DNA of 64,000 nucleotides from Pocillopora damicornis (Eukaryota): NCBI RefSeq assembly GCF_003704095.1, contig NW_020847347.1, positions 1 to 64,000 of the forward strand, read 5' to 3'. Shown piece by piece: positions 35,501 to 48,675 of this stretch (position 1 is its first letter; each line of letters starts with the position of its first letter). The notes under the pieces were generated by a model. It saw only the letters and a program-made list of their open reading frames with translations, ran no database searches and was not told where the DNA came from. The position numbers and the translations under genes were made by a program.

Positions 35501-38394
35501 AGCAATCAGAAACGTAAACATTTCTACAGGAAAAATCTTCAAAGGCGACGAATTAGGAACAAACTATTGTACTAAAGTGAGCAATGATATTAAAAGTTCG
35601 GCTGGAATGTAAACATAATTTTGATTCCGATGCAATTTGTGGATAGAAAATAAGAAACAAAAAAAAAAGAAAATTGAAAGCTTTCGGGAAATCTATTTCT
35701 GTCATAGGAAAATTCCTGACAATAGCGATAAGTGCGGACAAAATAGAGACATAAAGGGGCACTTAGATTTTCTTCATGATGTATCGTCTTGTTTTGATAC
35801 TGTTTAGCGCTCGCCACCATGGTAACAAGCTACATCACGGCTTTAAACACCCCAGGAACAGTTCCCAATGTCCAAAACGCCTGGGATGTCTTTGTCTCGA
35901 CCAAATGTACCCAGGCCAAAACGGCTGCCGTTGAAGAATACGACAAAGAAATGGAAATGGAAATGTCTGGAAAACTGCCGTGTGAGAGAGACATCATCCG
36001 TCAAGCTCAGCTGGCAGCTCTTAAGCGAGCACTGAAAGTGTTTGAGGAAGAGACGTTTGGAATATCCACCGCTAATATAGAAAAGTACCTAAACGAGTTA
36101 ACGGTTAGTAGGATTTCCTACACTTATGTGCTACTGACGCTTGAAAACAACTTCGGTTGTTTTATACTCTTGAGTTATTACTTTTTTCTCTAAAGAGAGG
36201 ATTATTTGCAGTGCTAAATAAATATGTCTCTCTTCCTGAGAGTCACCATCGTAGTTTTTGTCAAGGGGTCGTATGGAGGGTTCTCCTTACGTGAACCAAT
36301 GTTCAGTAATTACCAATAAAGCTCCTTGAGAGCAGCAAAACTGCCTATGAGTGATGAACTATCGATAAATTTTACCGGCACTGCAAATGACACAACATAT
36401 TACTCATTGTAAGGTTCTCTTTGTTAACAAATTTTGAAATAACTCCGATAGGTGTACATGGAAAATGGCTTGAATAGCTGGCAAGAACGAAACACCCAGC
36501 TTACCAAGGACAGCTGTAAGCAGCTGCTGATTGGCCTTAAGCATCATCACCTTGATCCAGTTCTGATTCAATTGAGGGGAAAGGATGGCGCAAAAGTTTC
36601 GTTTGCTGAAGTAATGGGCTGCTACAGCGCTATCGAGCAAGGATTTAAGGCAGAGGCCACCGGGGCAGAGGACGTTTGTGCGCAAGTTTTTCTTGATTTC
36701 CACCCCGTGAGTCACTTGCACTAATCCAAGATTCTTTGATTGAGTGTTACGAAAACATCGACGGCCAATCAAAACAATTAAAAGAAAATATCACAGGGAG
36801 CCAGAAGTATATCAAAATAAACGCATATGACATTTCTAAATCGCGAAAAATGTCTATGGTTGAGCCGCGACTAGGTTTAATTTTGCATATGTTTGGCGTT
36901 AGTTTTCCAGATCAATTTTAGAATCAAGAAATGAAAAAAAAATGCAATTAATTGAGGTACTAACATGAAATCTGCCCTGAATCGACACCTTTTCTTCTAG
37001 AAACTAGACACGACGAGAGAGAAGGACGTTGTAGCGGGGTTAAATTATTGATTAGGGTCTATGTATATTTCATGATCATCACTGATGCTCTCTTAATCTA
37101 TACGGCTCCGGCGTTAAATTGAAAATTGATTTCATTTTATTAACTACGAGCTTTATATTACATCACGCATGTTTAGATCTTAGCGGTTTTTGCTTAACTT
37201 TATTTGCTTTCTTTAATGCAGGAGCTGCAAAATGAGATGGAGAAGCACATGGAACATTTGCAGCAACTCAAGGATTTTGACGAGAACCTGGCGTACGAAA
37301 AAGAAGCGAGGGCACAAGAAATGGAACAAAGAAAGAGAGTTGAGGTATAAAAAACAAGCAGATAAACTCAGCAAAAATGAACAAACAAAGCTGAAAAAGA
37401 TAAACAATGAAGAAAAAGAAAGCCGCTAAGTACCATTGACAAAATAAATCGTACTCACTTGTAGCATGTGATAAAAAAAAAGCGTTCCTTGGACTGTACC
37501 ATATGAAGCTTAATATGTAGTTGTTAATTCATTATCATCATCTTGTGTCTTTGATGTTTAGGAGGAGAAGGCACGTCTGGAAGAAGAACGAATTAGAAAG
37601 GAGAAGGAGGTGTGCTCAATTTTTTTCTCTGTAGTAAACTGTGAGAAGAAAAAATTGAAACGTTAGCGTGTTGTTGAGACTTCATTTTGGTTTTCCTCGA
37701 AGGAGAGGGGTCAAGAAGACCCAATGACTCTTCTCTCAATGGCTACGTTGCTCGCTTCCAATCAAACCCACAAATAGTTACAAAGACTTGATATAGTGCA
37801 GACAAAGAACAATTCAAACAGCTTTGTGTTTCTGTTTTTGAGCGTCATGTGCTTGCTAAAAAGGTGGTGTTCTCTCACGAGCTTTTTGCTTTTTGCAAAA
37901 CGTCTGTTACTGGAGTTGTCTGCAAGGCCAAGCTATGCTTAAAAACGTCCCTTTAAATTAAAGTCTTTCGCGACTTTTTGCTTAAAACTTAACCATTTCA
38001 TAACAATGCTGCGTATTGCATAGGGGTAAAGTTTAGAAGTGATCCATTAATTGTTCTTTCATTAACTGGTCTATTTTCTTCAATTTAGATGGAGCTTTTA
38101 AAAGTGAAACAAGAGGAAGATAGACGACGCCTGGAAGAACAACTGAGATCCGACATGGAAGATCAGAGGGAGCAAATGCAGAACATGATGAGAGCAAACA
38201 TGGAGCAGTTGCACAGAGAAAGACAAAACGTCGTGGATCAGAACAAGACACTGCAGGAGGCTCTGTCGGGCATGCAACGCTCGATGAATGAAAGAAATGA
38301 TCAGATAAAAAATCTTCAAAGGCAGATTCAGCAAATTGCAAGCAGACCACCACCATCACCACCCCCAAAAAAGAAGGGATGTGTTGTCATGTAA
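32534..38394 (+). CDS. GBP: Guanylate-binding protein family GTPase, paralogue B, 654 aa, KKKG-CVVM terminus
   Basis: Exons 32534-32681, 32851-33008, 33646-33818, 34335-34530, 34870-35131, 35808-36103, 36452-36706, 37222-37344, 37562-37609, 38089-38394 (1965 nt). Same intron positions and GTPase motifs as paralogue A. AATAAA at 38641. Confidence 0.95.
33819..34334 (+). other. U12-type GT-AG intron in GBP-B
   Basis: 5' site GTATCCTTA; branch-like TTTCTTGAC (34309-34317) ending 17 nt before the intron end; same codon position as the GBP-A U12 intron. Confidence 0.88.
34004..34258 (+). mobile_element. Internally deleted copy of the palindromic repeat, inside the U12 intron
   Basis: ATAATAAGCTCGGTTATGTACGCATTCTGATTGGTTCTCACTTATGATC...AAACAAATAGATTCCAAGTT matches the reverse complement of 27226-26912. 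Confidence 0.8.
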
Positions 38395-38782
38395 ACAAAA
38401 TCTGCAGCATGATCAGATTGACATGTAAGGGTGATGGAAAAAAAAAGTTTTTTAACCTTGATAAACTTTGTCTGGAACTTTTTATTAGTAGAGAAACAGA
38501 AATAAGTTTTGGAAGAAGAAGAATATGCTGTATTTAGCCGTTGAGATAGTGTACTATACATCCCGTTTTCAACTATTTTAAGATAGCTCTCTCCATAATG
38601 ATTTTGGGACATCTTTACTGATTATCCGTCTGCGCAAACGAATAAAGAAATAACCAGAGTTTAAAATGATGGCATTCGTTATAAAGCTTGTCAGTATGAA
38701 AGGATTTGACAACCTAGTATGTTCATCCTCTCTTGGAGAGCGTTATCCTTTTGAACGTATCACTCCTTTCCCAGCTACAAAG

Positions 38783-39185
38783 GAAAAAAATCAAATTCGG
38801 GCCTGAATGGGGTTTGAACCCATGACCTCTGCGATACCGGCGTAGCAATCTACCAACTGAGCCAATAAGCCAACTGGGAGCTGGTCATCAGGCAGTTCAC
38901 ATATATGATTTTCATATATTTATGGTCATTTATTCATCACCTCACGGGTTGTATAGAACCGAAATAATGACCAGCTCTCAGTTGGCTTGTTCGCTCCCAG
39001 TTGGCTTGTTAGCTCTGTTAGTAGAACATTGCACCGGTATCGCAGAGGTCATGGATTCAAACCCCGTACAGGCCTGAATGTTTTTCAGGCCTTATTTTGA
39101 CTACTGCTCAAGTAGTGTTCACTACTGCGAGGACCACTTTCATATCCACGTCTTTATCCGCAGTTCATATCTATAATTTTCAAAT
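38783..39185. mobile_element. Head-to-head inverted pair of tRNA-derived SINE copies
   Basis: 38800-38888 (GGCCTG..GGGGTTTGAACCCATGACCTCTGCGATACCGG...GAGCTGGTCAT) is the reverse complement of 38968-39076, which has TAGCTC..GTAG (A-box-like) and GATTCAAACCC (B-box-like). Confidence 0.8.
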
Positions 39186-41632
39186 ATTAATAATAAAAAA
39201 AAAACAAAGCAAAACAAAACAGAGAGAAAAAAACAAAAAAGTGATGCTTTCCCTTAGTATTTTTCATTACTGTAGTGATGGCGTTCTACAAGATCATGGA
39301 ATAAACAGTCCCTTGAACTATAGCAATAGATCACGAGTAAAGCCTGTTAAGAGGTAAGATTTATGAAGTCTTGACTGTTTTTACGTGCCTCATGCACATT
39401 TTGTTGAGTTCAACAAAAAAAAAAGCTAACCTTAGTTTGTGCTTGGTACGTTTTATTACTCGCTCGAAGTGGCGTTTGTCTCTTCAGTAAAAAAAAATAC
39501 TTTGTCATCGAAACAGATCTTAACTAAAGCCTGCTGTGAGGTTAGTTGATTTAGAGAATCTATATTGCTCGTACGTGCTACTATGCATTTGTGCGTTTTT
39601 CAGTCTAATACTGAGTTAAGATCAACTTGGTAATCATTTGTGTGAACGAATACCCATAGACGGTGATATTGTTTAACGATGAAATTGGTTCCATTGAAAG
39701 TAACCGTTTAAGCAACATTTTTCATTTGCAAAAATAAAAGAGTGAGAAATACATGATATTATGCAACGCGGAATTATTTGTATTTTTTTTTATATATCGC
39801 AGACTACTCGAGCGCAAAGCTTTAATAGGTATTCCTGCAGTGTTTAAATAACACTGGAATCGCAATATATCCTCTTCCCTTTCACCTCAATAATAAGTGG
39901 TGTGCATTGATAAAGTTAATAAAGTTGGCATAAGATAAAACTGACTATGAGGAGAATGGATTCGATAGCTCTAGTATTCTTGATTTTATCATGCATTTAC
40001 CCAAATGTCTCTTTCCTAATTGGTCAATGAGGATTGCACAACAAGAGTGATAGAAAGTAAGCATAATTGGCAGCCCCAATTAGTATTCTTTTGTACTCAC
40101 ATAAATTAGCTTAACTAGAGTCTCGTCTTTGAGTTTAAACGTTGTTGTTCCTTAGACATACTGACGAGGCTACCTGAGCTAATCTACATGAATAGAAAAC
40201 CGGAATGCTAATCGTGTCCGCCATTTTTGTAAAGGGTTCTTTGAGCAGGGTTGTCATAGATGACACCTACTGTACAATCTTCTCAAGCTTTTCACGAAGA
40301 TTAAACGTTTTTTCGAAGAACATTAATTTTGGTTTGAGCTAGTTTTTTCACTTGACCAAATTCATTCGCACTCATCCACTGAGTATGGCAATGCCATGTG
40401 GTACATTTTACAAGTGTTACAAAAACTTATTTTCATCATTGGTAAACAGCTCATAGAAACCACCACATCTAAACGTTGCATTCTTGATGTAATATAATCC
40501 GACTGAAGATTAACGACACCGTCTGCAGAACACTTAATTCATATCCATACCCTTGGGCAGCTACAAAATATTCACGATTTCTAACATAAAGCAAATAAAT
40601 CATGAAGTTACTTGAGTATTAATGATGTTGATAATGCACGTTTTGGAGCGATTATTACTTTCTGAAATAGAAGATGCTTTTTTTCAAGACGACGAACTTT
40701 TTTCTCGGGCATGGTTTAATGAAAGCGTAAAGATTAGTACTTTTTTTTCTTTGAAAAAATCTGATCTTACTCAGTCAGACCTCATTTTTTCATCATTCGT
40801 GCAACCATTTGAACACTTGAGTGTTTTTATGTATTGAGTATTGGTTCATGATATTTTTGTTCTATTAATGTTGATACCCTATCAATTGATAATAATGACT
40901 TTTAACCTCAGTGACTTTATCAGTGTTAGCTTTAAAGTTTTTTTTTTTAGTTTGTTGTTTTGCTCTTTTTTTGTGTGTTGCTTTGTTTTGCTTTGTTGTT
41001 GTTCTCTTTTTTTTTTTTCGCGTTAACACGAATTAAGCCATTTGGCGATTCCACAGGGAACGAACAAAATAAGAAAATATTGCCGGGGTAGCAAATGAAT
41101 TTTGATATATTTAGATTTAAAGATTGGAATGAAAATAAAGGAGATAGATTTATTTAACCTACCGGCAGTAAACGACAAGCATGTGATTTATAAAAAGTGC
41201 TCAGTTACAGTGAAACCTGCTTATTCTTTCGCTAAGGTTTGCGTAGTGATAGAAAGTGCAAGTCGCTCCATGTATATACATTTTATTCATGAACCAGATC
41301 CCGTCTTCCCAATATTTAACTATTGCATGGGCGGTCTGGTATAAATGATGCTACATTACCATCATTTCACGCTGTTACTAACTATTACTTTCATAATGAC
41401 GTCTGCCCAGCAGGAAACAACAAACTAGAATAATATAAGTCATTTCATTGCCAACTTTTTTGATGTTGTTTTTCAGTTTGAGGCCACCGTTACATTAAGA
41501 TCACTATCAAAAACAGCAAAGAATTATTGTTGTTGACATAGTTCTCAATTTCTTCACAGTATATTTATATAAGTTAGATAGTTTTATGCATTCTCTATCA
41601 TTAATAGACTTTGTAGTCAATATATACAGCTT

Positions 41633-42589
41633 TCATTTTATGTTAAAGAATTTCTTGATTGCATCCATCACTTCTCTCATGCGGCATATATAAACCAGCG
41701 GATGCAGGGCCGATGTAAAAAAGATAAACGTTACCGTAAGGGTGTACATAATTTTAGCATGTTCTACCCCTTCTGTACAAACGTAAGCTTTACAAAAGCT
41801 GACGAAAACAACCGGGACATAACAAGCAATGATAAGAGCAACAATGAATGCCACAGTGCACGCATACTTTTTGAGGCGACAAAAATCATAGAGGCTTCTC
41901 TGAGAACCACGGCGATCGCAGACAGTCAGTTGGTCTATTTGGATCTGATGACGTCGCACTAGTACAAGTATTTTTATGTAGACTGTTACGATAACGAAGA
42001 GACAAAGCAGTTTAGAAGCCTTGATGATGAAAAGAAAAGTCTTCGGGTCTAACCATAATTTTGTTACAGTTATCGAGAGAGACAGAATCCACGAGAATAA
42101 CACTGCTCCTGTGGTACGCCTGTTGGTGATGACTTCCTTATATCGAAGGTGAAGGTGAAGCGATAAATATCGATCAATAGTCATAAAAGTCAGTATGACG
42201 AATGACGCACTAAGCGTTGTTTGTGAAGTAAAGTCGTAAGCCGAACGCAGAACACAATAAGATTCAAAATTTCTTGTGATCTCTGCTATTTTGAAAGCAA
42301 CAAAAGCTGGCGCTGCCAAAAATCCCAACAGGAAGTCACAAAAGGCGAACCATCCAAGGAGAATATTCGCTGGCTTGTGAAGTGATTTGGTTTTACAGAG
42401 TACGGCCACAATAAGAAGGTTTCCAAACGATGAAAATATAGCAAATGAAGAGTTTAAAACACACGCGATAACATTTACGATGAGTGTGGCCGAAGACTCG
42501 AAGATGGGAGCGTTGAAGTAGAAACAAGTCACCGAGGAAACTGTGTCCGTTTGATCCTGATTAAGCAAAGAGGAACTGGAGGCGTTCAT
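41633..42589 (-). CDS. Class A (rhodopsin-like) orphan GPCR, 318 aa
   Basis: Seven hydrophobic segments; GNLLI, FAFCD, IDRY, SWI, CYVP, HPLVY; in-frame stop upstream of the ATG. Confidence 0.92.
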   Translation of the reverse strand: MNASSSSLLNQDQTDTVSSVTCFYFNAPIFESSATLIVNVIACVLNSSFAIFSSFGNLLIVAVLCKTKSLHKPANILLGWFAFCDFLLGFLAAPAFVAFKIAEITRNFESYCVLRSAYDFTSQTTLSASFVILTFMTIDRYLSLHLHLRYKEVITNRRTTGAVLFSWILSLSITVTKLWLDPKTFLFIIKASKLLCLFVIVTVYIKILVLVRRHQIQIDQLTVCDRRGSQRSLYDFCRLKKYACTVAFIVALIIACYVPVVFVSFCKAYVCTEGVEHAKIMYTLTVTFIFFTSALHPLVYICRMREVMDAIKKFFNIK

Positions 42590-43004
42590 CGCATTATCTT
42601 CCCACGAACAGCACTATTCAATATGATTACCAAACGAAAAACTCCAGATTTCAAAACTACACAGCTACCTTTATAAAATGCAGTCCTACATATTGGTCTC
42701 AAAGTGAATGTTGTCCATATAATAGATTTCTCCCAAATTACGAAGTGCCTCTTGACGACATTGATTTATGGAATAAGAACTAATCCGTTTCACTCGGTCA
42801 GTTAATTATAAACAGGTGATTCGAGAGCTCATTTACGTAAGTTTTGATATTGTTTCTGGCTTAACCTGCTTCTTTTCAAGGAACTTTTACCACACGATTA
42901 GGAACATTAGTTTAATAGCTGTGACGAGAAATGATGGTTTTTGAGGTTTAGAGAGTTCTATTAATAAAATCGATATTTCTTAAATATGAAATAATTTCTC
43001 CTTC

Positions 43005-44335
43005 AATGAGTGAGTTGCCAGTAATCGGATCCTTGTGTTTGTGCAAAGGTTTTTGGGATCGCTACGGGGAAAACCTTGCAGCTCGTTGGAAACATTGCAG
43101 CTTGCTGGAAAGAATGTGTGGCAAAAGGTTGTTTTGACATCCGAAAAAAACGTTTTGGCGAGATATTATCACTTTTTCACCGCAGTTTTGTCATAGAGGG
43201 ATAAAGACAATCTTAATACGAGGGAAGTGTGAGTTTTTGTTAGAATTACCATGAAATATGTTATAAAACGTACCGATTAACTCCTCTCTAGACCTTGCGT
43301 AAGGTCTAATGTGAAATCGCCATCGCGTAATAGTCTTGACATAAATTATTACAAAATTGGGCATAAATTGCTAGGAAACAACTTATTTAAGTCTTCTCAG
43401 TTGTATTTATATATGTACAGCCTGTTTTCATACTTGTCAACGTATTAAATAAACGAATTACTACGTTTGAAAAAATACTTCCTCAAAGGAGAGAATTCGT
43501 TGTCAGCGGAGATGAAAATTGTTTTTACCAAGCTGCTGGTGCTCTCTGAACGGACGAAATAAACGATGAAAAACATGAGGAAATCCCCAGGTCAAGTGAT
43601 AGTCTGTTAGAGAAAATCCAAAGGCCTTTGAGCTGTAACTTTCTTCTCGAACTACTTAAAGGATCTTGTCAAGAAAAGCAAGATCACGGTAACTCCGATA
43701 GAAACTGTGGATATATGAAGCGACACATTTGTACCTACTTATCGTCAGGGTTCAGTTTTGAGCCGGTTATCAGCGCTAGTTCGTTCTCACTGATCACAAC
43801 AGAGAAGCAGGTGCTTGATGACTTTAATGAACGACGATAATATTCAACGCTCAAGCACACCACTCAATCAGTCCTGCTGCCTCGAGGTAGCTGTTGTAGC
43901 GCTTTTTTGCATTACCAAGCTAAGCAAGGATCTAGAAGTAGACTTAACACCCGTCAAAAAATGAAAAGGCTTTGTTGAGTTATTTCTCTGCGATTTATAT
44001 TTAGTTTTTTAAAATTTCGAGACCTTAACGCGATGTCAAATTCATTATAAATCTTGCGCGTGGAGACAAGTTTATCGGTAGATTCTACTACAAATTTCAT
44101 GGTTGATCAAACAATTCGAAAAACTTACGCTTCTGTTGTATCAGTATTACCCAAATCCATTACTGGTAAAAAAGCGGCAAGAATAGGAATAATCTCTCTC
44201 CAAAATCTTTTCTTTGGACGTAGGAACAAACTCTCGCCGTACTTTTCAGCGAGTTGCAGTGTTTGCCCCATAGCGATCCCAGAAATCTGTGCGTAAACAC
44301 AAGGGTCGGATCGGATTACTTTCAACTCATTCATT
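43005..44335. repeat. Inverted duplication of an exon-like segment (43005-43238 + / 44119-44335 -)
   Basis: AATGA.TGAGTTG..AGTAATC.GATCC, CCTTGTGTTT, TGGGATCGCTA.GGGG.AAAC, TTTTGG.GAGA and GAAG.GT(G/A)AGTTTTT are shared in opposite orientation. Confidence 0.75.
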
Positions 44336-47300
44336 ACAGCACAACAAAAGTCGAGCACTTAACAGAAAACAATTGCTTGGCAAGGTTGTTAAATTATTTT
44401 TTCTCAACAAAGAAGTAAAATCAATTTGGTGAAAAAAATTCATTTTTCCCCAATGAAACGTGGGAAGTGGCTTGCGACGGAAGAGCATCCTTGCATCACG
44501 AGTCTGATAAAAAAATATGTAATGTAATTAGTTCGACTAAACAATTTCATTTAATTTATTCCAAAATTATTGTAATTCATTTATTCAGTTTATCTCAAAG
44601 TTCTTTCTTTTTGTTTTCCCTGGAAGGGACTAGCATTTACTGCAGTAGATTAATATTTTTACATCCGCAAACTTGCTACACGATATCATAAACAAGGGCA
44701 TTTCACTTATGCCTATGAATTAAGTGTCAAGAAGGATGTTGTGTACAGCACAAAAATCGTACCTCTTCTTTCAGGTAGAACAAGAAAAAGCAAAACGAAG
44801 AAGAAAGGAAAAGTAAACGAAACTTTATTATTAGGTTTAAGTTTACTGCCTGTGTGTAGAAATTTTCTTAGTCTTCGTTGAACCACCCTGAAATAGATAT
44901 GGCGACATGAAAATTTTCCCACGGGATGAAAAAAAAAAGGTGTTTACTTTAGTCATGGTTTTTGAGCTACAAAATTCAGTTCAGGCTTAAGTTGAAAGTT
45001 CTGGAATTTTGGTCATATGGTTGGATGAAATAAATTTATCAAATTTATTCAATTATTATTATACCTTTTAAAATTGATTATTTCTGCTTAAGTCAATTGT
45101 ACGGCAAGCAGGCACGCGGACCTGTTGTGAACAAATATAGGTGCATCCGGCTGGCGAGTAGAATTTCGTTGTTATTGTCATAAAGCTGGCAGTTTCAAGT
45201 TCAATTTCAAAATATAAGGATAGTGAAGAAGGACTTATGGAGCTTTTACGACGGCCAAAAACGTACAGTGTGGGCAGACTCTGAGAAATTCGTTTGAATC
45301 ATCTTCATATTGTTGCCTTCTGCAAATCACCAATGTTCAAATTAAAATACTTGTCGGGCAAGAATCCTTTAAGAAAAAAGCTATCGTGAATGAAACGAAT
45401 ATTGAACAATCCATTTTGATACAAAAGTTCACTTTTACACCAAAGCATAGCAAAGCAAATTATACTTTGCTCTCTAGGAATAATACCAAAACAGGCTCTT
45501 CATGAACGTAGAATGAATTATGACACCATTAGTCGTATCATTAACGGTGACTTTATCCATAAAGTTGCCATTTTTTTTATTATTTACATCCTGTGTTACA
45601 TTCTTATCGACTCACACGTTTACTTATGTTGGCCTCTCAAAACAAAAGCAATATTGGTGTATTTAATTTAGGTACTGTGTTCTTTTTTAGTTGTTGTCGT
45701 TTTTTTTATGTGTGTGTGTCGAACTCTTCTAGAGGGGATCTTTAATTCGTTGATACGTAGGTATCTAAAGAAGAGTATTTTCGTTTTGGGAGACGTATTT
45801 TACATATCCGTTGTTGACATGACGTAAAGGTATTTTAAATGTGTGACTGAAATAGACATTACACCTCAGACAACAATATCATTGAATGAAACAGGCGAAG
45901 GGCAATATCGATGACGATTTGGGTTAAGTGTCTCATAATTAACAGTTGCTGCATTGGATGTAAAAAATGAATCTGTCTCGAATTCCTCTGTGTGTAGTTT
46001 CATTGATTGTTTTTAAAATTGGTAAATAAATAAAGACACTCAAAGTCTGGGACTGAAATCGTTGCCCCTCGCATGACATTACAGCGTTTTAAAATATCAC
46101 CTAACGGAACGATCGAACGACAATATCATTGACGAGTTCCGTTGGCAATTGTTGCTGTATTAATCATAGAAAAAAAAATACGCCTGTCTGGAATGATTTT
46201 ATATTTTGATAGTGATTGTCTCATTTGCCGCCTTTCAAAAATGTGAGTTACCTTGTTTTTGGCGAAAAACCGCTCGAAGTTGGTCATCATTGACAAGTAG
46301 GAATTATTGCGAGCTAAGAGACTAAATTGGTCCTACTCCAGGGGAAGATGGTCTACCTCGAGCCATTTTTTTAAATTCAAAGTATCCAGCAACCGAGTGA
46401 ACCAAATTTAAGACTCAAAGAGGCTTTTTTAAACCGAAACTGTGAGTGCACTAAACGTCATTTTATAGGAATCTTTTTGTATTTGAACTAACATGGAGGA
46501 ATGAAATATCTCAATTTAATCCTCTCTTGTTTCAGGAAATTAAAAGTGGACTTAAATTTAAAAATCCCAACGTAGTCCTTAGTCCTAATGATATAATTAT
46601 CATATTTCATGACTTAAACTTCATTTCTTTTTGCGCACTTCTTTTCTTCTTCCCGCTGCTTAGAAATTAGCTGAAACCATCTTATCCCCTCTCTCTTCCT
46701 TTGTGAATTTGATTTTGATGTTACCAGGCCTGCTGGTAGACAGAGGTATTTAGTAATGTTTGAAAAACGTTTAAGGAGCTACATAGGGTTTTTGACCGCG
46801 CGAGATTTGGGTGCGAACATAGGGCGAGCTTAAAAAGTGTCAACATGCAAAACAAACATGGCGGCTCGATACGATCGTGCCATTGTCATCTGAAGAGGTG
46901 CGTGAAAAACACTTTAACTCAATACAGTTTTTTTGGGATAAAATCCAGAGTTTCCAGAAATTTCTACCGAAATATTCATAGGCCTTTTATACCCGAAAAA
47001 GAGGTCAACCGAAAAGAATACACCGTGGGAAAGATTGCCAAAAGACGACAGATTCGAAAGTCTACGCATGCTTACATTCCAATCTCAACGAAGTTCTATT
47101 CCATTACGTAATATTTTGCGACAAAGAAAATAGGGTTCTTTCGAGTAAGATTTATCGCGTTTCCTTCGTTGGAATTCCTTACGCTAATTATCACTCGCGA
47201 GCGCCTCCCTTCGTGGAGCCTTAGCTTAATGACGAGAATTATTTTGATTTTATTGTTACTACAGTAAACGATACTCCGAACCTTGGTTATTACCTTTTGG

Positions 47301-47586
47301 CGTCCGCCAACATTGAGCAAAAAGCCTATGGAGCCTCCTTAAATGCAACTATCGGCATTATCAGTGTCATAAGGCTGAGTCTTAAGGCTGATTAAAAAAA
47401 GAAATCGAAAAAGAAAGATCCGAAGAGGCTTGGTTGACTTCACAGAATTTAAGCTGGTATAGCATGATTAAACTAGCTGATATTTTTAAAGAAAAAAAAG
47501 AAACCTTTCCCACACAAAGTGTAGTTGCTTTTTCACAAACACCAAACATTCTCAAACGGTTTGAAATTGATAAATCTCACGCTTCA

Positions 47587-48675
47587 TCATACGTTTTCAG
47601 CAGCGTGCAGTTTACTAGGAGAATATTTTCCCTTTTTATGCATCAGAAATAAATCAGCTCTCCTCCTTGCCAGTCGTCTATGCCCTGTTGCACCATAGCT
47701 GCTCTTCAACTGGCTTTCACCATATATGATGTTTAAATTCACCGCTGAGCAGGAGTTGACGAGATTGGAGACAGATGTCAGAGTGATCCCTGCTGCGTTT
47801 CTGACCCGCATGTTGCCCCTGGAACTCAAAGAACCGCTGCGGAAGACATTAAGGATAGCTCTACGGAAGTCTTGCATTCGAAATGAATACACAAGGGTGT
47901 TAACGAACGAATTGCTATACTGAAGTAATTTTATGACATAAACGAGCCTGTGAGATGGGTTTTTGCAATAGTGGCAAAAATGGACAATTATAATGATAAC
48001 CTCAAAAGGCATCCAAGTCACGATGAAAATTCCTGTGATAAGAAACAACGTTATTGCGAGCCTTTTGTCTTTTTCAACCCCTCTTCGACGTTGTCTTCGA
48101 TACTTGATCCGGAGCCACAAAGCACTGTAGGCAGAGCAAGCCACTGTAAGCGAAACGGACAAAGATGCAACGGTTACAGTGTGAACGACGCCTGAGATGA
48201 ACTTAAATCGAAAAAACAAATAGAGGCAGCAGATGGCCACTGCCAGGATCCAGGTGCCCGATACGGCAACTATGTAACACTTCAGCGGAGTATAATGACG
48301 ATACTTCCACGGCCAACCAACGGCATACAGTCTCTCGACAGATACGACTGCTAAGGTGAAAACAGACGCCATGCCAGAGACAATATCGCAACTGTAATAA
48401 ACGGCTTGAATAACTTCACTTGTACTCCACAAATCTGGATTTACAAAATGGAAGATATAAAGTGGCATTGCCAGTGCCCCAACCATCAAATCAGCCACTG
48501 CAAGGGAGATGAGAAAATAGTGGGTTGGTCGTCGGTTAAGGCTTGTTTTTGTAAAAGCTGCGATAGTCACAGAGTTTCCAATGATTATGGTCAGCGCAAT
48601 CAAACCAAAGGCTGTGGTTAACGCGATAGACTCTGCCTTGGTAAGGGGTGTCTCCGTATCCTTGGAACTTGGCAT
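47587..48675 (-). CDS. Class A orphan GPCR with D3.32, 362 aa
   Basis: GNSVT, LAVADL, VERL, TWMPF, NSFVNTLVY. Start placed at MPSSKD, downstream of acceptor CTTTTCAG (~48683); the longer ORF start is intronic. Confidence 0.92.
   Translation of the reverse strand: MPSSKDTETPLTKAESIALTTAFGLIALTIIIGNSVTIAAFTKTSLNRRPTHYFLISLAVADLMVGALAMPLYIFHFVNPDLWSTSEVIQAVYYSCDIVSGMASVFTLAVVSVERLYAVGWPWKYRHYTPLKCYIVAVSGTWILAVAICCLYLFFRFKFISGVVHTVTVASLSVSLTVACSAYSALWLRIKYRRQRRRGVEKDKRLAITLFLITGIFIVTWMPFEVIIIIVHFCHYCKNPSHRLVYVIKLLQYSNSFVNTLVYSFRMQDFRRAILNVFRSGSLSSRGNMRVRNAAGITLTSVSNLVNSCSAVNLNIIYGESQLKSSYGATGHRRLARRRADLFLMHKKGKYSPSKLHAAENV

Noticed and set aside
40161-40200. Hammerhead core CTGACGA with a small stem
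   Set aside because: No GAAA directly after the stem.
43480-43931. Actinoporin-like remnant (ILA*LGNAKKR)
   Set aside because: Only a few matching residues, many stops, and no aromatic signature motif.
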